Shown here: one piece after another, positions 10,110 through 20,220 of the stretch
How the letters are laid out: every line of letters starts with the position of its first letter
Numbering within the stretch: position 1 is the stretch's first letter
The notes under the pieces: model-generated
The model's database searches: none
What the model was told of the DNA's origin: nothing
The model's input: only the letters and a program-made list of their open reading frames with translations
DNA from: Spirochaetota bacterium
GTDB lineage: Bacteria > Spirochaetota > UBA4802 > UBA5550
Reading direction: 5' to 3'
Assembly (NCBI GenBank): GCA_963664815.2
Contig: CAXXHB010000003.1
Span: 4,128,001 to 4,192,000, forward strand
Length of the DNA stretch: 64,000 nucleotides
Position numbers and translations under genes: made by a program

Positions 10110-11045
10110 ATGAAAAGAAAAGTTTTCCTTTTAATCTTAATTGTCTTTCTGTTATCCATCTTCTCATGTAAAGAAGAGAACAGAAAGATCAGGATAGGAA
10201 TTCTTCCGGTCATCGATACCCTTCCTCTTGTTGTTGCCGATTCAGAGGGTCTCTTTAAGAAAGAGGGACTTGATGTTGAACTTATTATATTCAACAGTGC
10301 CCTTGAAAGAGACGCGGCTTTTACTGCAGGAAATCTTGACGGGGCATTTGGAGATCTTATAAATTTCCTTCTCATGATAAAAAATGGTATCGATACACAG
10401 CTCGTCTGCGAATCATACCATACCTCAGATAAGGGAATAATGTTCGGATTGATGGCATCTCCGGGATCACCAATAAAAAACATCAACGAAATTAATAAAG
10501 AACAGATTGCAATATCGCGCGGTTCAATAATTGATTTTTTTCTTGATCAGATTGCTCTTTCTAAAAATGTTTCTCCTGAAAGTCTTAACAAACTTGAAGT
10601 AAAAACCATCCCTGTAAGATATCAGATGCTGATTTCCGGCTCGATTAAACTCGCGCTGCTGCCTGAACCTCTTGTCAGTAAAGGGATAAAAGACGGCGCA
10701 AAGCTTGTTGCTGACGACAGGGGTCTTAATACTACGGCTACAGTAATAATGTTCAGAAATGATTTTCTGGAAAACAACCGCATGCTCATGAAAAAATTTA
10801 TAAAGGCTTACAACGGCAGCGTCAGAAAAATAAACAGCTCCCCGGAAAAATTTAAAAATATTATGACAACCAAACTCCGGTTGCCGGCGGACATTAAAGA
10901 TACTTTTAAAACCCCTGTTTTCCATGAAGCTGTTATTCCCGCAGAAAAAGACGTAATGCTGGTATACAGCTGGATGAAAAAAAACGGTATGATTTCAATA
11001 CCCGTTGAGTATAAAAAACTTATCCGGCCGATTGACGAAAAGTGA
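10110..11045 (+). CDS. ABC transporter substrate-binding lipoprotein (NitT/TauT/SsuA-NMT1 type)
   Basis: Lipobox SIFSC; IRIG.LP..D.LPL.VA...GLF..EGLDVEL; LPEP motif. Confidence 0.9.
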   Translation: MKRKVFLLILIVFLLSIFSCKEENRKIRIGILPVIDTLPLVVADSEGLFKKEGLDVELIIFNSALERDAAFTAGNLDGAFGDLINFLLMIKNGIDTQLVCESYHTSDKGIMFGLMASPGSPIKNINEINKEQIAISRGSIIDFFLDQIALSKNVSPESLNKLEVKTIPVRYQMLISGSIKLALLPEPLVSKGIKDGAKLVADDRGLNTTATVIMFRNDFLENNRMLMKKFIKAYNGSVRKINSSPEKFKNIMTTKLRLPADIKDTFKTPVFHEAVIPAEKDVMLVYSWMKKNGMISIPVEYKKLIRPIDEK

Positions 11046-11773
11046 TCAGGCTAGAATCAGTCAACAAGAGATATTCCGGGACCACTATATTACAGGATAT
11101 CTCATTCAATATTGAGAACGGAAAGTCTCTGTCAATAATAGGGCCTTCCGGCTGCGGCAAAACTACTCTTCTCTACATGATTGCGGGACTGATCCGGCCT
11201 TCAGGCGGAACTATTCTGTTAAATAACAGGGAGATAAAAGCTCCTGATTCAAAAACAGCATTTATACTGCAGGATTACGGTCTCCTGCCATGGAAGAGTG
11301 TAATCCAGAACGTGTCGTTGGGAATGAAAATAAAGAAATATCCGAAAGAGATAATTGCTGCTGTAACAGAAAAAATTCTTCACGATCTCGGAATATACGC
11401 TCACCGGGACAAGTACCCCGCAACTTTAAGCGGCGGAGAGAAGCAGAGAGTTGCCATTGCACGCGCGCTATCAACCGAGCCTGAAATTCTTCTTATGGAT
11501 GAACCTTTCTCATCACTTGATACTCTTACGAGAGAAAAACTCCAGCAGGCAGTTTATGATATACACAGAAAGGGGAATCTTACACTGCTGACTGTAACCC
11601 ATAGTATTGAAGAAGCAGTTTTCCTTGGAGATACTATACTTGTTATGGCCGGTGGACCGGGGAGAATAATTTCCACTATCAGTAATTCTTCACGCAGAAG
11701 AAAAGATTTCAGAAACTCAGTGGAATTTTACTCAACCTGCGGTTCAATAAGAGGTATAATCGGAGATTTATGA
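11042..11773 (+). CDS. ABC transporter ATP-binding protein (NitT/TauT type)
   Basis: Walker A GPSGCGKTT, signature LSGGEKQR, Walker B LLMDEPFSSLD, VTHSIEEA. Confidence 0.95.
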   Translation: MIRLESVNKRYSGTTILQDISFNIENGKSLSIIGPSGCGKTTLLYMIAGLIRPSGGTILLNNREIKAPDSKTAFILQDYGLLPWKSVIQNVSLGMKIKKYPKEIIAAVTEKILHDLGIYAHRDKYPATLSGGEKQRVAIARALSTEPEILLMDEPFSSLDTLTREKLQQAVYDIHRKGNLTLLTVTHSIEEAVFLGDTILVMAGGPGRIISTISNSSRRRKDFRNSVEFYSTCGSIRGIIGDL

Positions 11774-13407
11774 TACAGAGGATCCCCTTTATTAATCTTT
11801 TTATGACTGTTTCAGCTATCTTTATTATATGGAAGATTGCTTCACTGGCAGCTTCTTCCCCCGTTCTGCCGTCTCCGGAAAATGTTTTTATAGCCTTTAT
11901 CAATGAAGCGCGGATGCCGCTGTTCTGGAGTCATTTTGGAATAAGTGCATGGAGGGTATGTGCAAGTATTGCTATTTCATGGATTATTGCATTCCCATTG
12001 GGGGCGGTTCTAGGGTACAGCTCCGCTATGGATAAAATTTTTTCACCGGTTGTTTATCTTGCTTATCCTGTGCCGAAAATGGTTCTGCTGCCGATTGTTG
12101 TTTTGTTTTTTGGTTTAGGGGACATATCAAAGGTTATTCTTATTACGCTTATCCTCTTTTTTCAGATTCTTGTAGCTGTACGTGACGGAGTGCGCTCGGT
12201 CAACTCCAGATATTACGATTCGGTAGAATCAATGGGTGGGAGTATTTACGATATTTTCATGCACGTTGTGATTCCTGCCGCTCTCCCTTATAGTTTCACG
12301 GCAATAAGAATATCTGCGGGGACGGCGATCTCTGTATTATTCTTTGCTGAATCTTTCGCCACATCAAGCGGCCTGGGATATCTTATTATGGACGCATGGG
12401 CGCGGGCAGATTATATTATGATTTTTGTAGGCATAACAGGAATGAGCATCATGGGACTTATCCTGTTTATTATATTCTCTCTGCTTGAGAAAAAATTTTG
12501 TGCATGGAACTTTACAATGGAAAATGATAAATCACCGGCTGAGGGCATCCTCTCCAAAACTGTAACCTATTCAAAAATGATAAAACTATCGCATACACTT
12601 TTTGCTCTCCCCTTTGCCCTGTCGGGCCTGGTGCTTGCACTGCGGGAGCATAATGTTACACTCCCCATGGTATTCTGGATAATTATAGCAATGGTGGGGG
12701 CGCGTTCAGCAGCCATGGGATTTAACCGTATTGCTGATGCCGATATTGATGCAGAAAATCCGCGAACTGCAATACGTGAGATCCCGTCGGGAAATATTTC
12801 AAGAAAAGAAGCCCTCATCTTTACAATATTTTCTTCAGCCCTGCTGGTTTTTTCTGCGGCAATGCTTTCCGAAATCTGTCTGTGGCTTTCATTCCCGCTT
12901 CTCCTCTTTCTTTTTTTCTATTCTTACACAAAGCGCTTTACATGGCTTGCCCATATCTACCTCGGTTTCGCTATAGGGCTTGCGCCAGTGGCTGTATGGA
13001 TTGCTATTGCCGGCATCCCTGAGTTACCGGTTATACTCCTTGCCCTTGTCCTGATGACACACATTGCCGGATTTGACATACTCTATTCATGCCAGGATAT
13101 TGAGTTTGACAGGAAAAAAAATCTTTTTTCCATACCGGCGCGATTCGGCATAAAAAAGGCTTTTTTATTCTCCGCAGCACTTCATATACTGACAACTGCT
13201 CTGCTTTCTCTTCTCTACTTTACTGCAGGATTTGGAATTTACTACTTTATTTTTATAATTGTAATTGCCATACTATATATAATAGAACATAAAATCGTTA
13301 ACCCCGATGATATTTCAAATATCAATATTGCATTTTTTCATATTAACAGTATTATATCTGTAGCTGTATTTGCTGCTGTACTAACAGGATATCTTACAGG
13401 CAGATGA
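11770..13407 (+). CDS. Fusion of ABC permease (N-terminal ~245 aa) and MqnP/UbiA-family polyprenyltransferase
   Basis: Permease EAA-like loop YYDSVESMGGS..IFMHVVIPAALP; then IK.SHTLFALPFA, NRIADADID..NPRT..R.IPSG, YSYTKRFT and FDILYSCQD.EFD motifs; no stop codon between the domains. Confidence 0.88.
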   Translation: MIQRIPFINLFMTVSAIFIIWKIASLAASSPVLPSPENVFIAFINEARMPLFWSHFGISAWRVCASIAISWIIAFPLGAVLGYSSAMDKIFSPVVYLAYPVPKMVLLPIVVLFFGLGDISKVILITLILFFQILVAVRDGVRSVNSRYYDSVESMGGSIYDIFMHVVIPAALPYSFTAIRISAGTAISVLFFAESFATSSGLGYLIMDAWARADYIMIFVGITGMSIMGLILFIIFSLLEKKFCAWNFTMENDKSPAEGILSKTVTYSKMIKLSHTLFALPFALSGLVLALREHNVTLPMVFWIIIAMVGARSAAMGFNRIADADIDAENPRTAIREIPSGNISRKEALIFTIFSSALLVFSAAMLSEICLWLSFPLLLFLFFYSYTKRFTWLAHIYLGFAIGLAPVAVWIAIAGIPELPVILLALVLMTHIAGFDILYSCQDIEFDRKKNLFSIPARFGIKKAFLFSAALHILTTALLSLLYFTAGFGIYYFIFIIVIAILYIIEHKIVNPDDISNINIAFFHINSIISVAVFAAVLTGYLTGR

Positions 13408-13417
13408 AAGAAGGTTT

Positions 13418-14002
13418 ATGAAAAAAACAATAATTACAGGTATAACAGGGGCTTCAGGAAGCATATATGCCCTCAACTTTCTCAGACATGCTTCAGCGCA
13501 TGGAATCGATTTACGTATTATTGTATCATCTAACGGAGAAGCTGTGTTTAAACATGAAACCGGGATGAGTGTATCGGAAGCCATCATGGGACTTGACGTT
13601 TTCCCGAAGGAGACCGGTTCAATAAGACTTTACGATAACAATGACATGTTTGCGGATATAGCAAGCGGCACACATAAGACAGACGGCATGGTTATTGTAC
13701 CATGTTCCATGAAAACACTTTCAGGTATTGCAAACGGCTATTCCTCATCCCTGCTGGAACGCGCAGCAGATGTAATGCTTAAAGAAAGGAGAGACCTTAT
13801 CCTCACTTTAAGAGAGACTCCTCTCAGTCTTGTTCATTTGAGGAACATGGTTCACGCAGCAGAGGCCGGGGCCATAATACTCCCTGCAGCACCCGGGTTA
13901 TATCACAAACCTGAAACAATTGATGACCTTGCAGATTTTATTACCGGGAAAATATTCGATCAGCTTGGAATAGAACACTCTCTGAATACTGTCTGGAGAT
14001 AG
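13418..14002 (+). CDS. ubiX: Flavin prenyltransferase UbiX (MqnM-like)
   Basis: GITGASG, IASG, PCSMKTL, RAADV.LKERR.LIL..RETP motifs. Confidence 0.93.
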   Translation: MKKTIITGITGASGSIYALNFLRHASAHGIDLRIIVSSNGEAVFKHETGMSVSEAIMGLDVFPKETGSIRLYDNNDMFADIASGTHKTDGMVIVPCSMKTLSGIANGYSSSLLERAADVMLKERRDLILTLRETPLSLVHLRNMVHAAEAGAIILPAAPGLYHKPETIDDLADFITGKIFDQLGIEHSLNTVWR

Positions 14003-14057
14003 CCTTTTATTTATAGTTTATATAAATAATAAGAAAATTAAAAACTGGAAATCAAAC

Positions 14058-15896
14058 ATGAAAAAAAACCACAGAAATCTCACCGGCTTTATAAATGAGC
14101 TTGAAAAAGAAAATGAATTAATCCGGTTTAACAAGCCGGTATCAAATATTCTTGAAATCACAGAAATCACAGACCGCATGTCAAAACTCCCCGGAGGAGG
14201 CAAGGCCTTACTATTTGAAAACGTTACCGGGTATGATTATCCCGTTCTTATAAACCAGTTCGGCAGCATCAAACGGATTAACATGGCTTTTGGAAGCGAG
14301 AGCCTCGACCTGCTGGCAGGAAGGCTTCAGAATATAATAAATACAAAGCCGCCAAAAACTTTTATTGAAAAAGTCAGGCTCATCCCTGAACTTATAAAAT
14401 ATTCACAGTTTCTTCCGCGCACAATTAAAGGGAAAGCCCCGTGCCAGGAGATTATACATACCGGGAATGATGTAGATCTCGGCAAGATGCCGGTTCTTTT
14501 CTGCTGGCCCGGTGACGGAGGCCCCTTCATCACACTCCCGGTTGTTTTCACAAAGGGATTTAGCGACGGTAAACACAACGCCGGAATGTACAGGATGCAG
14601 GTTTATGACAGAAACACAACAGGTATGCACTGGCATATACACAAGGACGGGGCACACCATTACCACGAATATCTCAGGGAGGGGAAAAGGATGGAGGTTG
14701 CTGTCGCTATAGGTACTGACCCGGCGGTAACATATTCTGCCACTGCTCCTCTGCCTCGCGGAGTTGATGAAATGCTTCTGGCAGGGTTTATAAGACAAAA
14801 ACCGGTTGAAATGGTAAAATGCATCACTGTTGATATCGAAGTACCTGCTGAATCCGAGTTCATTATTGAGGGATATGTTGATCCCGGTGAATCCAGGATA
14901 GAAGGACCCTTCGGCGATCATACCGGGTATTATTCACTCAAAGGGGATTACCCCGTTTTCCATGTTACAGCCGTTACAAGCAGAAAAAACCCGGTGTACA
15001 GCGCAACAATTGTCGGCAAACCACCGATGGAGGACTGCTACTTGGCTCTCGCCACGGAAAGAATATTTCTACCCATGATAAAAACTGTTCTTCCGGAAAT
15101 TATCGATTATATGCTGCCCTGGGAAGGTGTATTTCACAATATTGCGGTTGTTGCAATTGAAAAGGAATTTCCAGGCCACGCGGTGAAAGTTATGAACGGG
15201 CTGTGGGGTTCCGGTCAGATGAGTTTCGCTAAAATTCTGGTTATGATAGATGAGCCCTCTCTCCTCTCTGACAGAACCGGGCTTATGATGCATATACTAA
15301 ACACTGTGGATTTGTCATCAGACATAATTCTTACAAAAGGGATACTCGATGTGCTTGACCACTCTGCAGACAAACCTCTTTACGGTTCAAAACTCGGGAT
15401 AGATGTGACAAAGCGTATAAAAGGGGAGGATAAAAGATCCGACAACTATATACATGGAAAATCAGATTATAAAAAAATTGAAAGCCTCGCGTTGGCTCTC
15501 GACAGAAAAATTACAGCTTCAAGAACGTTATTTGATGAATGCAGAAACAGGATTGTTATGCTCTCAGTAAAAAAAGATAAAAAAGCAAACTCCCATTATT
15601 TTTTAAAAAAAATCCTCAACTCCTCTCTTGCTCATGAAGGATTAATTATAATATTCAATCATGATATAGATCTGAACAATGATTCTTTTACTCTCTGGAA
15701 AGTATTTAATAATGTCGATCCTGTCCGGGATATTACTCAGGAAAAGGGATGCATGATAATTGACGCTACTAAAAAAGGAATCAGTGACGGGCATACCAGG
15801 GAATGGCCGGATGATATTGAAATGACAAAAGAAGTAATTGAAAAAGTGGATTATATATTAAAAGATGAACCGGAATTTGAACATATTCCTTCGTAA
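14058..15896 (+). CDS. UbiD-family decarboxylase (menaquinone biosynthesis decarboxylase, MqnL-like)
   Basis: N.GMYRMQV, MHWHIHKDGA.H, EGPFGDHTGYY, GKPPMED, DVLDHS motifs; long form with extended C-terminus. Confidence 0.92.
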   Translation: MKKNHRNLTGFINELEKENELIRFNKPVSNILEITEITDRMSKLPGGGKALLFENVTGYDYPVLINQFGSIKRINMAFGSESLDLLAGRLQNIINTKPPKTFIEKVRLIPELIKYSQFLPRTIKGKAPCQEIIHTGNDVDLGKMPVLFCWPGDGGPFITLPVVFTKGFSDGKHNAGMYRMQVYDRNTTGMHWHIHKDGAHHYHEYLREGKRMEVAVAIGTDPAVTYSATAPLPRGVDEMLLAGFIRQKPVEMVKCITVDIEVPAESEFIIEGYVDPGESRIEGPFGDHTGYYSLKGDYPVFHVTAVTSRKNPVYSATIVGKPPMEDCYLALATERIFLPMIKTVLPEIIDYMLPWEGVFHNIAVVAIEKEFPGHAVKVMNGLWGSGQMSFAKILVMIDEPSLLSDRTGLMMHILNTVDLSSDIILTKGILDVLDHSADKPLYGSKLGIDVTKRIKGEDKRSDNYIHGKSDYKKIESLALALDRKITASRTLFDECRNRIVMLSVKKDKKANSHYFLKKILNSSLAHEGLIIIFNHDIDLNNDSFTLWKVFNNVDPVRDITQEKGCMIIDATKKGISDGHTREWPDDIEMTKEVIEKVDYILKDEPEFEHIPS

Positions 15897-16134
15897 TTGT
15901 TTTTTATAACAGTTACATCTGGAAACCCTATTTGGCTGAATTCTCTTTGATCGAGTTTGCATATACGCAGGTAAAAATAATACTGTTATACTGACCGATC
16001 AATGAGCACTTAATATGCAATTTTCTGTTAAGCATACGCAATTTTTTGCATATGGCTACCGTTGTCTCCCTGTTAAATGTGGCACGAATTATACCTGAAT
16101 TATATAAATCGATATCCTCATTATAAAAAAATTA

Positions 16135-16150
16135 TTGACATGAAAGTCAG
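16135..16150 (+). promoter_or_regulatory. Possible repressor operator overlapping a TTGACA -35 box upstream of the SDR gene
   Basis: TGAC-ATGAAA-GTCA dyad. Confidence 0.3.
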
Positions 16151-16288
16151 CAATGGGCATGAAAATAAGTAATTCCACTATGTAATTTCAGATGAAGTTG
16201 TGCAATCTCGATATTTGAGATTTTATAAACTTAATTTTTAGCAGAAATTCATAGAATGAAAAAAATTTCAGATAAAGAGGTATATAAA

Positions 16289-17107
16289 ATGAGCTCATAC
16301 AATTTCAAGGGAAAAATCGCCGTAGTAACCGGCGCTGCTTCAGGTATAGGCCGCGAGCTGGCTCTTCAGCTTTCAAAAGAGGGCTGTATAGTAGCAGCAG
16401 CTGATTATAATAAAAAAGATCTCGAAGAAACAGTAAAAATGGTAAAAGATGCCGGCGGGCAGGCCAGCGCACATGAAGTTGATATTTCCAATGCTGCAGT
16501 TGTAACTAAATTCGCAGCTGATGTTAAGAAAAAATATGGCAGTATTGATATCCTCATTAACAACGCAGGTGTAACACTTTTTGGAAAATTTGACGAACTT
16601 GCTCAAAAAGATATGGAATGGATTATGGATATCAATTACTGGGGTGCAATTTATATGACAAGGGCTTTTATGCCGGAAATTAAGAACAAACCGGAATCAT
16701 ACCTTGTAAACGTCGCAAGTATTTTCAGTGTGGTTGGTACAGGAAACCAGTCTGCCTACAGTGCGACAAAATTTGCCCTCAGAGGATTTACAGAAGCTCT
16801 TACTGATGAACTACAGAAATTTCCCATCACTGTTATGAGTGTTATCCCAGGCGGAATCAAAACCAATCTCGGTAAAAATGCACGTTTTGTTAAAAACGGT
16901 GTAGTATTGAAAGATACAGAAAAACTCGCAAAAAGAATGGAAAAAATCGGAAGAACAACTGGCGCAGAAGCTGCTGCCGCAATAATCAAAGGAATGAAGA
17001 AAAGAAAAGAGCGCATACTTATCGGTTCTGATGCATGGATAATCCAGACAATCCAGAGATTTGCTCCATCCAAATACAACAGGGTTCTTGGAAAAATATT
17101 CGGCTAA
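16289..17107 (+). CDS. Short-chain dehydrogenase/reductase
   Basis: TGAASGIG, NNAG, YSATK; start MSSYNF after GAGG. Confidence 0.93.
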   Translation: MSSYNFKGKIAVVTGAASGIGRELALQLSKEGCIVAAADYNKKDLEETVKMVKDAGGQASAHEVDISNAAVVTKFAADVKKKYGSIDILINNAGVTLFGKFDELAQKDMEWIMDINYWGAIYMTRAFMPEIKNKPESYLVNVASIFSVVGTGNQSAYSATKFALRGFTEALTDELQKFPITVMSVIPGGIKTNLGKNARFVKNGVVLKDTEKLAKRMEKIGRTTGAEAAAAIIKGMKKRKERILIGSDAWIIQTIQRFAPSKYNRVLGKIFG

Positions 17108-17137
17108 TTTTTAGTATAAAATTTTTTAATCAGATAT

Positions 17138-17171
17138 AATAAGCCCCGGTTGAATTCAACCGGGGCTTATT
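17138..17171. terminator. Perfect 34-bp palindrome, probable bidirectional terminator
   Basis: AATAAGCCCCGGTTGAA/TTCAACCGGGGCTTATT between convergent genes. Confidence 0.75.
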
Positions 17172-17339
17172 TGAGTCCTAACCCCCGGCAAACATTTCGT
17201 CTTATTATTTCATCCATGAATTATCTGTTTCAGTCTTATTTGTCAAAGTCAGGATCATAGCATTCATGAATCAGATGCAGTGATTGAAATATGTTCAAAA
17301 CATCACACTGCTCTGAACATATAAGCTTCCCGTAGGTGT

Positions 17340-18785
17340 TTATTGCGCTCCGGATTGTTTCAGTATCTTAACTATTTCATCCTTGCCTTTGGTAGTTGCA
17401 TATATAAGTGCGGTTTTACCCTTTTTGTCTTTCATATTAACATCAGCTCCTTTTTCAAGCAATGCTTTCACGAGATCAGTTCTTCCGAAATAGCAAGCAA
17501 TCATCAGAGAGGTTTGACCTTCTCTGTCTTTCGCGTTAATATCTGCACCTTTTTCAATCAGATATTTCAGTGCTTCAGGTTTTCCGCTAATGATTAGATT
17601 GATCAGGGCGGTTTTACCCTTTTTGTCTTTCACGTTGACATCAGCACCTTTATCCATCAACATCTGCAAAACCTCTGTTTGCATCTTTACTATATCCTGG
17701 TCTACTCCGGGATAGATAATGTAATTTTCGAGTACGAATGCATGTATCAATGCAGTTTGACCGGCAAGGTCTTTCAGCTTGACATCTGCTCCCCTTTCCA
17801 GTAAAATTCTGACAACTGCGGTTTGCATCTTTCTGATTTCTGCATCAATTCCGCCCGGATTCACACTTATCATCAATGCAGTCTGGCCCTTTTTATCTTT
17901 TGTATTTATACCTGCACCTTTATCAAGTAATAGTTTTACAGTTTCGGTCATACCGGCGGCAGCCGCGTAAAACAGAGCGGTTTTCCCTTCATTGTCAATT
18001 GCGTTAATATCGATGCCTCTATCCAGCAGCAGATTTACTGCTTCAGACTGCCCTCTGGAAATTGCAGCCATAAGTGCGTTCTGCCCATCTTTGTCTTTTG
18101 CACTAATATCAGCCCCTTTATCAAGCAACATTTTCACTAAATTATAAGAAATACCTTCCCGATTATTCCGTTGCGCAGCATATAGCAATGGGGTTTTACC
18201 ATATTTGTCTCTTACATTAACATCAACACCTCTATCAAGAAATACTTTAATTGCCTCAGGTTCTCCTCGTCTGGCACATATCACTGTCAATGGAGTTTGA
18301 TCCAATGTATTTTGCACGTTAATATCGGCACCCTTTTCAAGCAGCATGTTGAGAATTTTAGCACCCGCCAGCCTGTCAGCAAGATAATTCCCCCCTGAAA
18401 CACGCAATATTGCAGTCAGGCCATTATTATCTTTTGCGTTAACATCAGCACCTTTATCAAGTAGCCTCTTTACAGCATTAATATTGGTAAAACCGACCGC
18501 AATCATCAATGCAGTATTGCCAGCTTTGTCTTTTGCATTGACATCGGCGCCTTTATCAATTAATATTTTTATAAGTTCATCATCTCCGTAATTACTCATT
18601 GTAATCAATGCTGTCAGCCCATTTCCGTCTCTTGCATTTACATCTGCACCGTTATTCAGTGCTTTAATAATTCCTCCCCTGTTTTCGTTTTCGAACGCTT
18701 TTACTAAATCTTCAGTAGAGCCTGCGTATACAGGCATGAAAGGAATAAGACCAAACAGCAAAAGGCAATTAACTATTCTTTTCAC
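17340..18785 (-). CDS. Secreted ankyrin-repeat protein (~13 repeats)
   Basis: Repeated LL.KGADVN.KD..G.TAL..A units; GTG start at 18785 after GAAGGAG; signal peptide. Confidence 0.92.
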   Translation of the reverse strand: MKRIVNCLLLFGLIPFMPVYAGSTEDLVKAFENENRGGIIKALNNGADVNARDGNGLTALITMSNYGDDELIKILIDKGADVNAKDKAGNTALMIAVGFTNINAVKRLLDKGADVNAKDNNGLTAILRVSGGNYLADRLAGAKILNMLLEKGADINVQNTLDQTPLTVICARRGEPEAIKVFLDRGVDVNVRDKYGKTPLLYAAQRNNREGISYNLVKMLLDKGADISAKDKDGQNALMAAISRGQSEAVNLLLDRGIDINAIDNEGKTALFYAAAAGMTETVKLLLDKGAGINTKDKKGQTALMISVNPGGIDAEIRKMQTAVVRILLERGADVKLKDLAGQTALIHAFVLENYIIYPGVDQDIVKMQTEVLQMLMDKGADVNVKDKKGKTALINLIISGKPEALKYLIEKGADINAKDREGQTSLMIACYFGRTDLVKALLEKGADVNMKDKKGKTALIYATTKGKDEIVKILKQSGAQ

Positions 18786-19403
18786 AATATTCTCTCCTTC
18801 TAATATCCAGTTATCCCGAGAAATGTATAACTTAAAGTCGCTTTGCAAAACCTGGTATCGTCTTTAAACACGACTTCAGTTTTTTTCAGGCATAAATTAT
18901 TTTCTCTTTAAAATAAAAAAAACAATGTTAAAAAAGTGCCTTACCAGAAACAATAGTTATAACAATATAGTTATTGTATATAAACTGCAAATTCAATAAA
19001 AAATATATTCCTGAGCATTGACTCTTTGAACTTTTACTATTTTAATAATCGTCGGCATAACCACATCTTAATTGATTTTCAATATAAAACAAATTACTTT
19101 TAAAATCAGATTAATATTACATCTATCCGGATTTGTTCATAATTTAAAATGATCGGCAGGAAACTGTAGACGGTTTACTGACCCTTTACTGACAGTATAT
19201 TAACAGTAGTTTACTTATGTCTGAAAGGGTGAGCATACTGTTTGAATACTGTCAATAGACTCTCTGTCAAATAATAAGCGTTAAATAACAAACGGTACAT
19301 GTAAAAACATGCACTGATTAAAAACTTGAAAAAAAATAAACATCAATGTTTATATAGAAAACATTTATCATTTCCAGTAAATAATGCAGCAGGAGTTTTC
19401 ATA

Positions 19404-19973
19404 ATGAAAAAACCGTTATTCACAACAGCTATTGTCATATTTTTTACATTTATAGTATTTAACAACTCCGGCGTCAAAGCAGCAGATAAAAATAACATCA
19501 TCTGGATTGTAGAACCGCAATTTGAAAATGTAAATTCGTTTTCAGAAGATCTTATTGCCGTTAAAAAAAATGGCAAATGGGGTTTCATAAACAAAGAAGC
19601 TAAATTCGTAATTGATCCTCAGTTTGATAATTTTTCTAATTTTCAAGAAGGCGTAGCTGCTGTTCAAAAAAATGGCATGTATGGATTAATAAAAAACCCT
19701 ATGGCCGTAAAAAAACAGGAGCAGTCTTTTATAAGTGCTGGTCTTTATATAGGTGATGTAAAATCAGTTTCATCAACAGAGATCATAGTAGGTGGCAAAG
19801 ACATAGCTGAACATGTATATATGGGAGACAAACTCTGTCTTTACTCCGGTGATAAAATAATAATACTCCGTTCTACCTTTCCCATGCAGACAGTAACTAA
19901 ATGTGAAGTGATTTCCGGTCATAGAAAAGATGTTAAGCCCGGCATAAAAGTTTATAAATACTCAGGTAAATAA
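19404..19973 (+). CDS. WG (KWG/Leptospira-type) repeat protein
   Basis: Two PQF....FSE.L.AVK.NGKWGFI units plus an unknown C-terminal domain; AGGAG RBS; signal peptide. Confidence 0.8.
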   Translation: MKKPLFTTAIVIFFTFIVFNNSGVKAADKNNIIWIVEPQFENVNSFSEDLIAVKKNGKWGFINKEAKFVIDPQFDNFSNFQEGVAAVQKNGMYGLIKNPMAVKKQEQSFISAGLYIGDVKSVSSTEIIVGGKDIAEHVYMGDKLCLYSGDKIIILRSTFPMQTVTKCEVISGHRKDVKPGIKVYKYSGK

Positions 19974-20220
19974 CAATGCCTGAACATTAACATAAAAGTA
20001 TTTCATAAGTGACAATAGAAAATCCATTGGTTAATTTTTTTAATTAAGGTTCGTAGCGAGCATTTGAAAGCTTTTGATTTAATTGGAAAAAACATATCGA
20101 CTGCCGGAATTGTATAAACCATTTTCAATGTTGGCAACAGAACTATGTTTTGGTACTATTATAAGTAATAACAGATCCTGAAATGAATTTATACTTGCTG
20201 AAGGCAGGGAAAAGATAAGA

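Noticed and set aside
10110-11045. The SBP might be MqnA/MqnD, which share the periplasmic-binding-protein fold
   Set aside because: It has a lipoprotein signal and a cognate ATPase and permease, and no MqnA/MqnD signature was recognised
16010-16096. Possible sigma54 promoter (TGGCAC at 16080) with upstream GCAATTTT repeats/dyad
   Set aside because: The -12 position reads ATAC rather than TTGC and the dyad is too close to act as an enhancer
17340-19973. Repeat proteins as possible diversity-generating retroelement targets
   Set aside because: No reverse transcriptase and no adenine-variant TR/VR pair were seen
20172-20210. CAGATCCTGAAATGAATT looks like half of a REP-like palindrome
   Set aside because: The second arm is absent and no other copy was seen in the window
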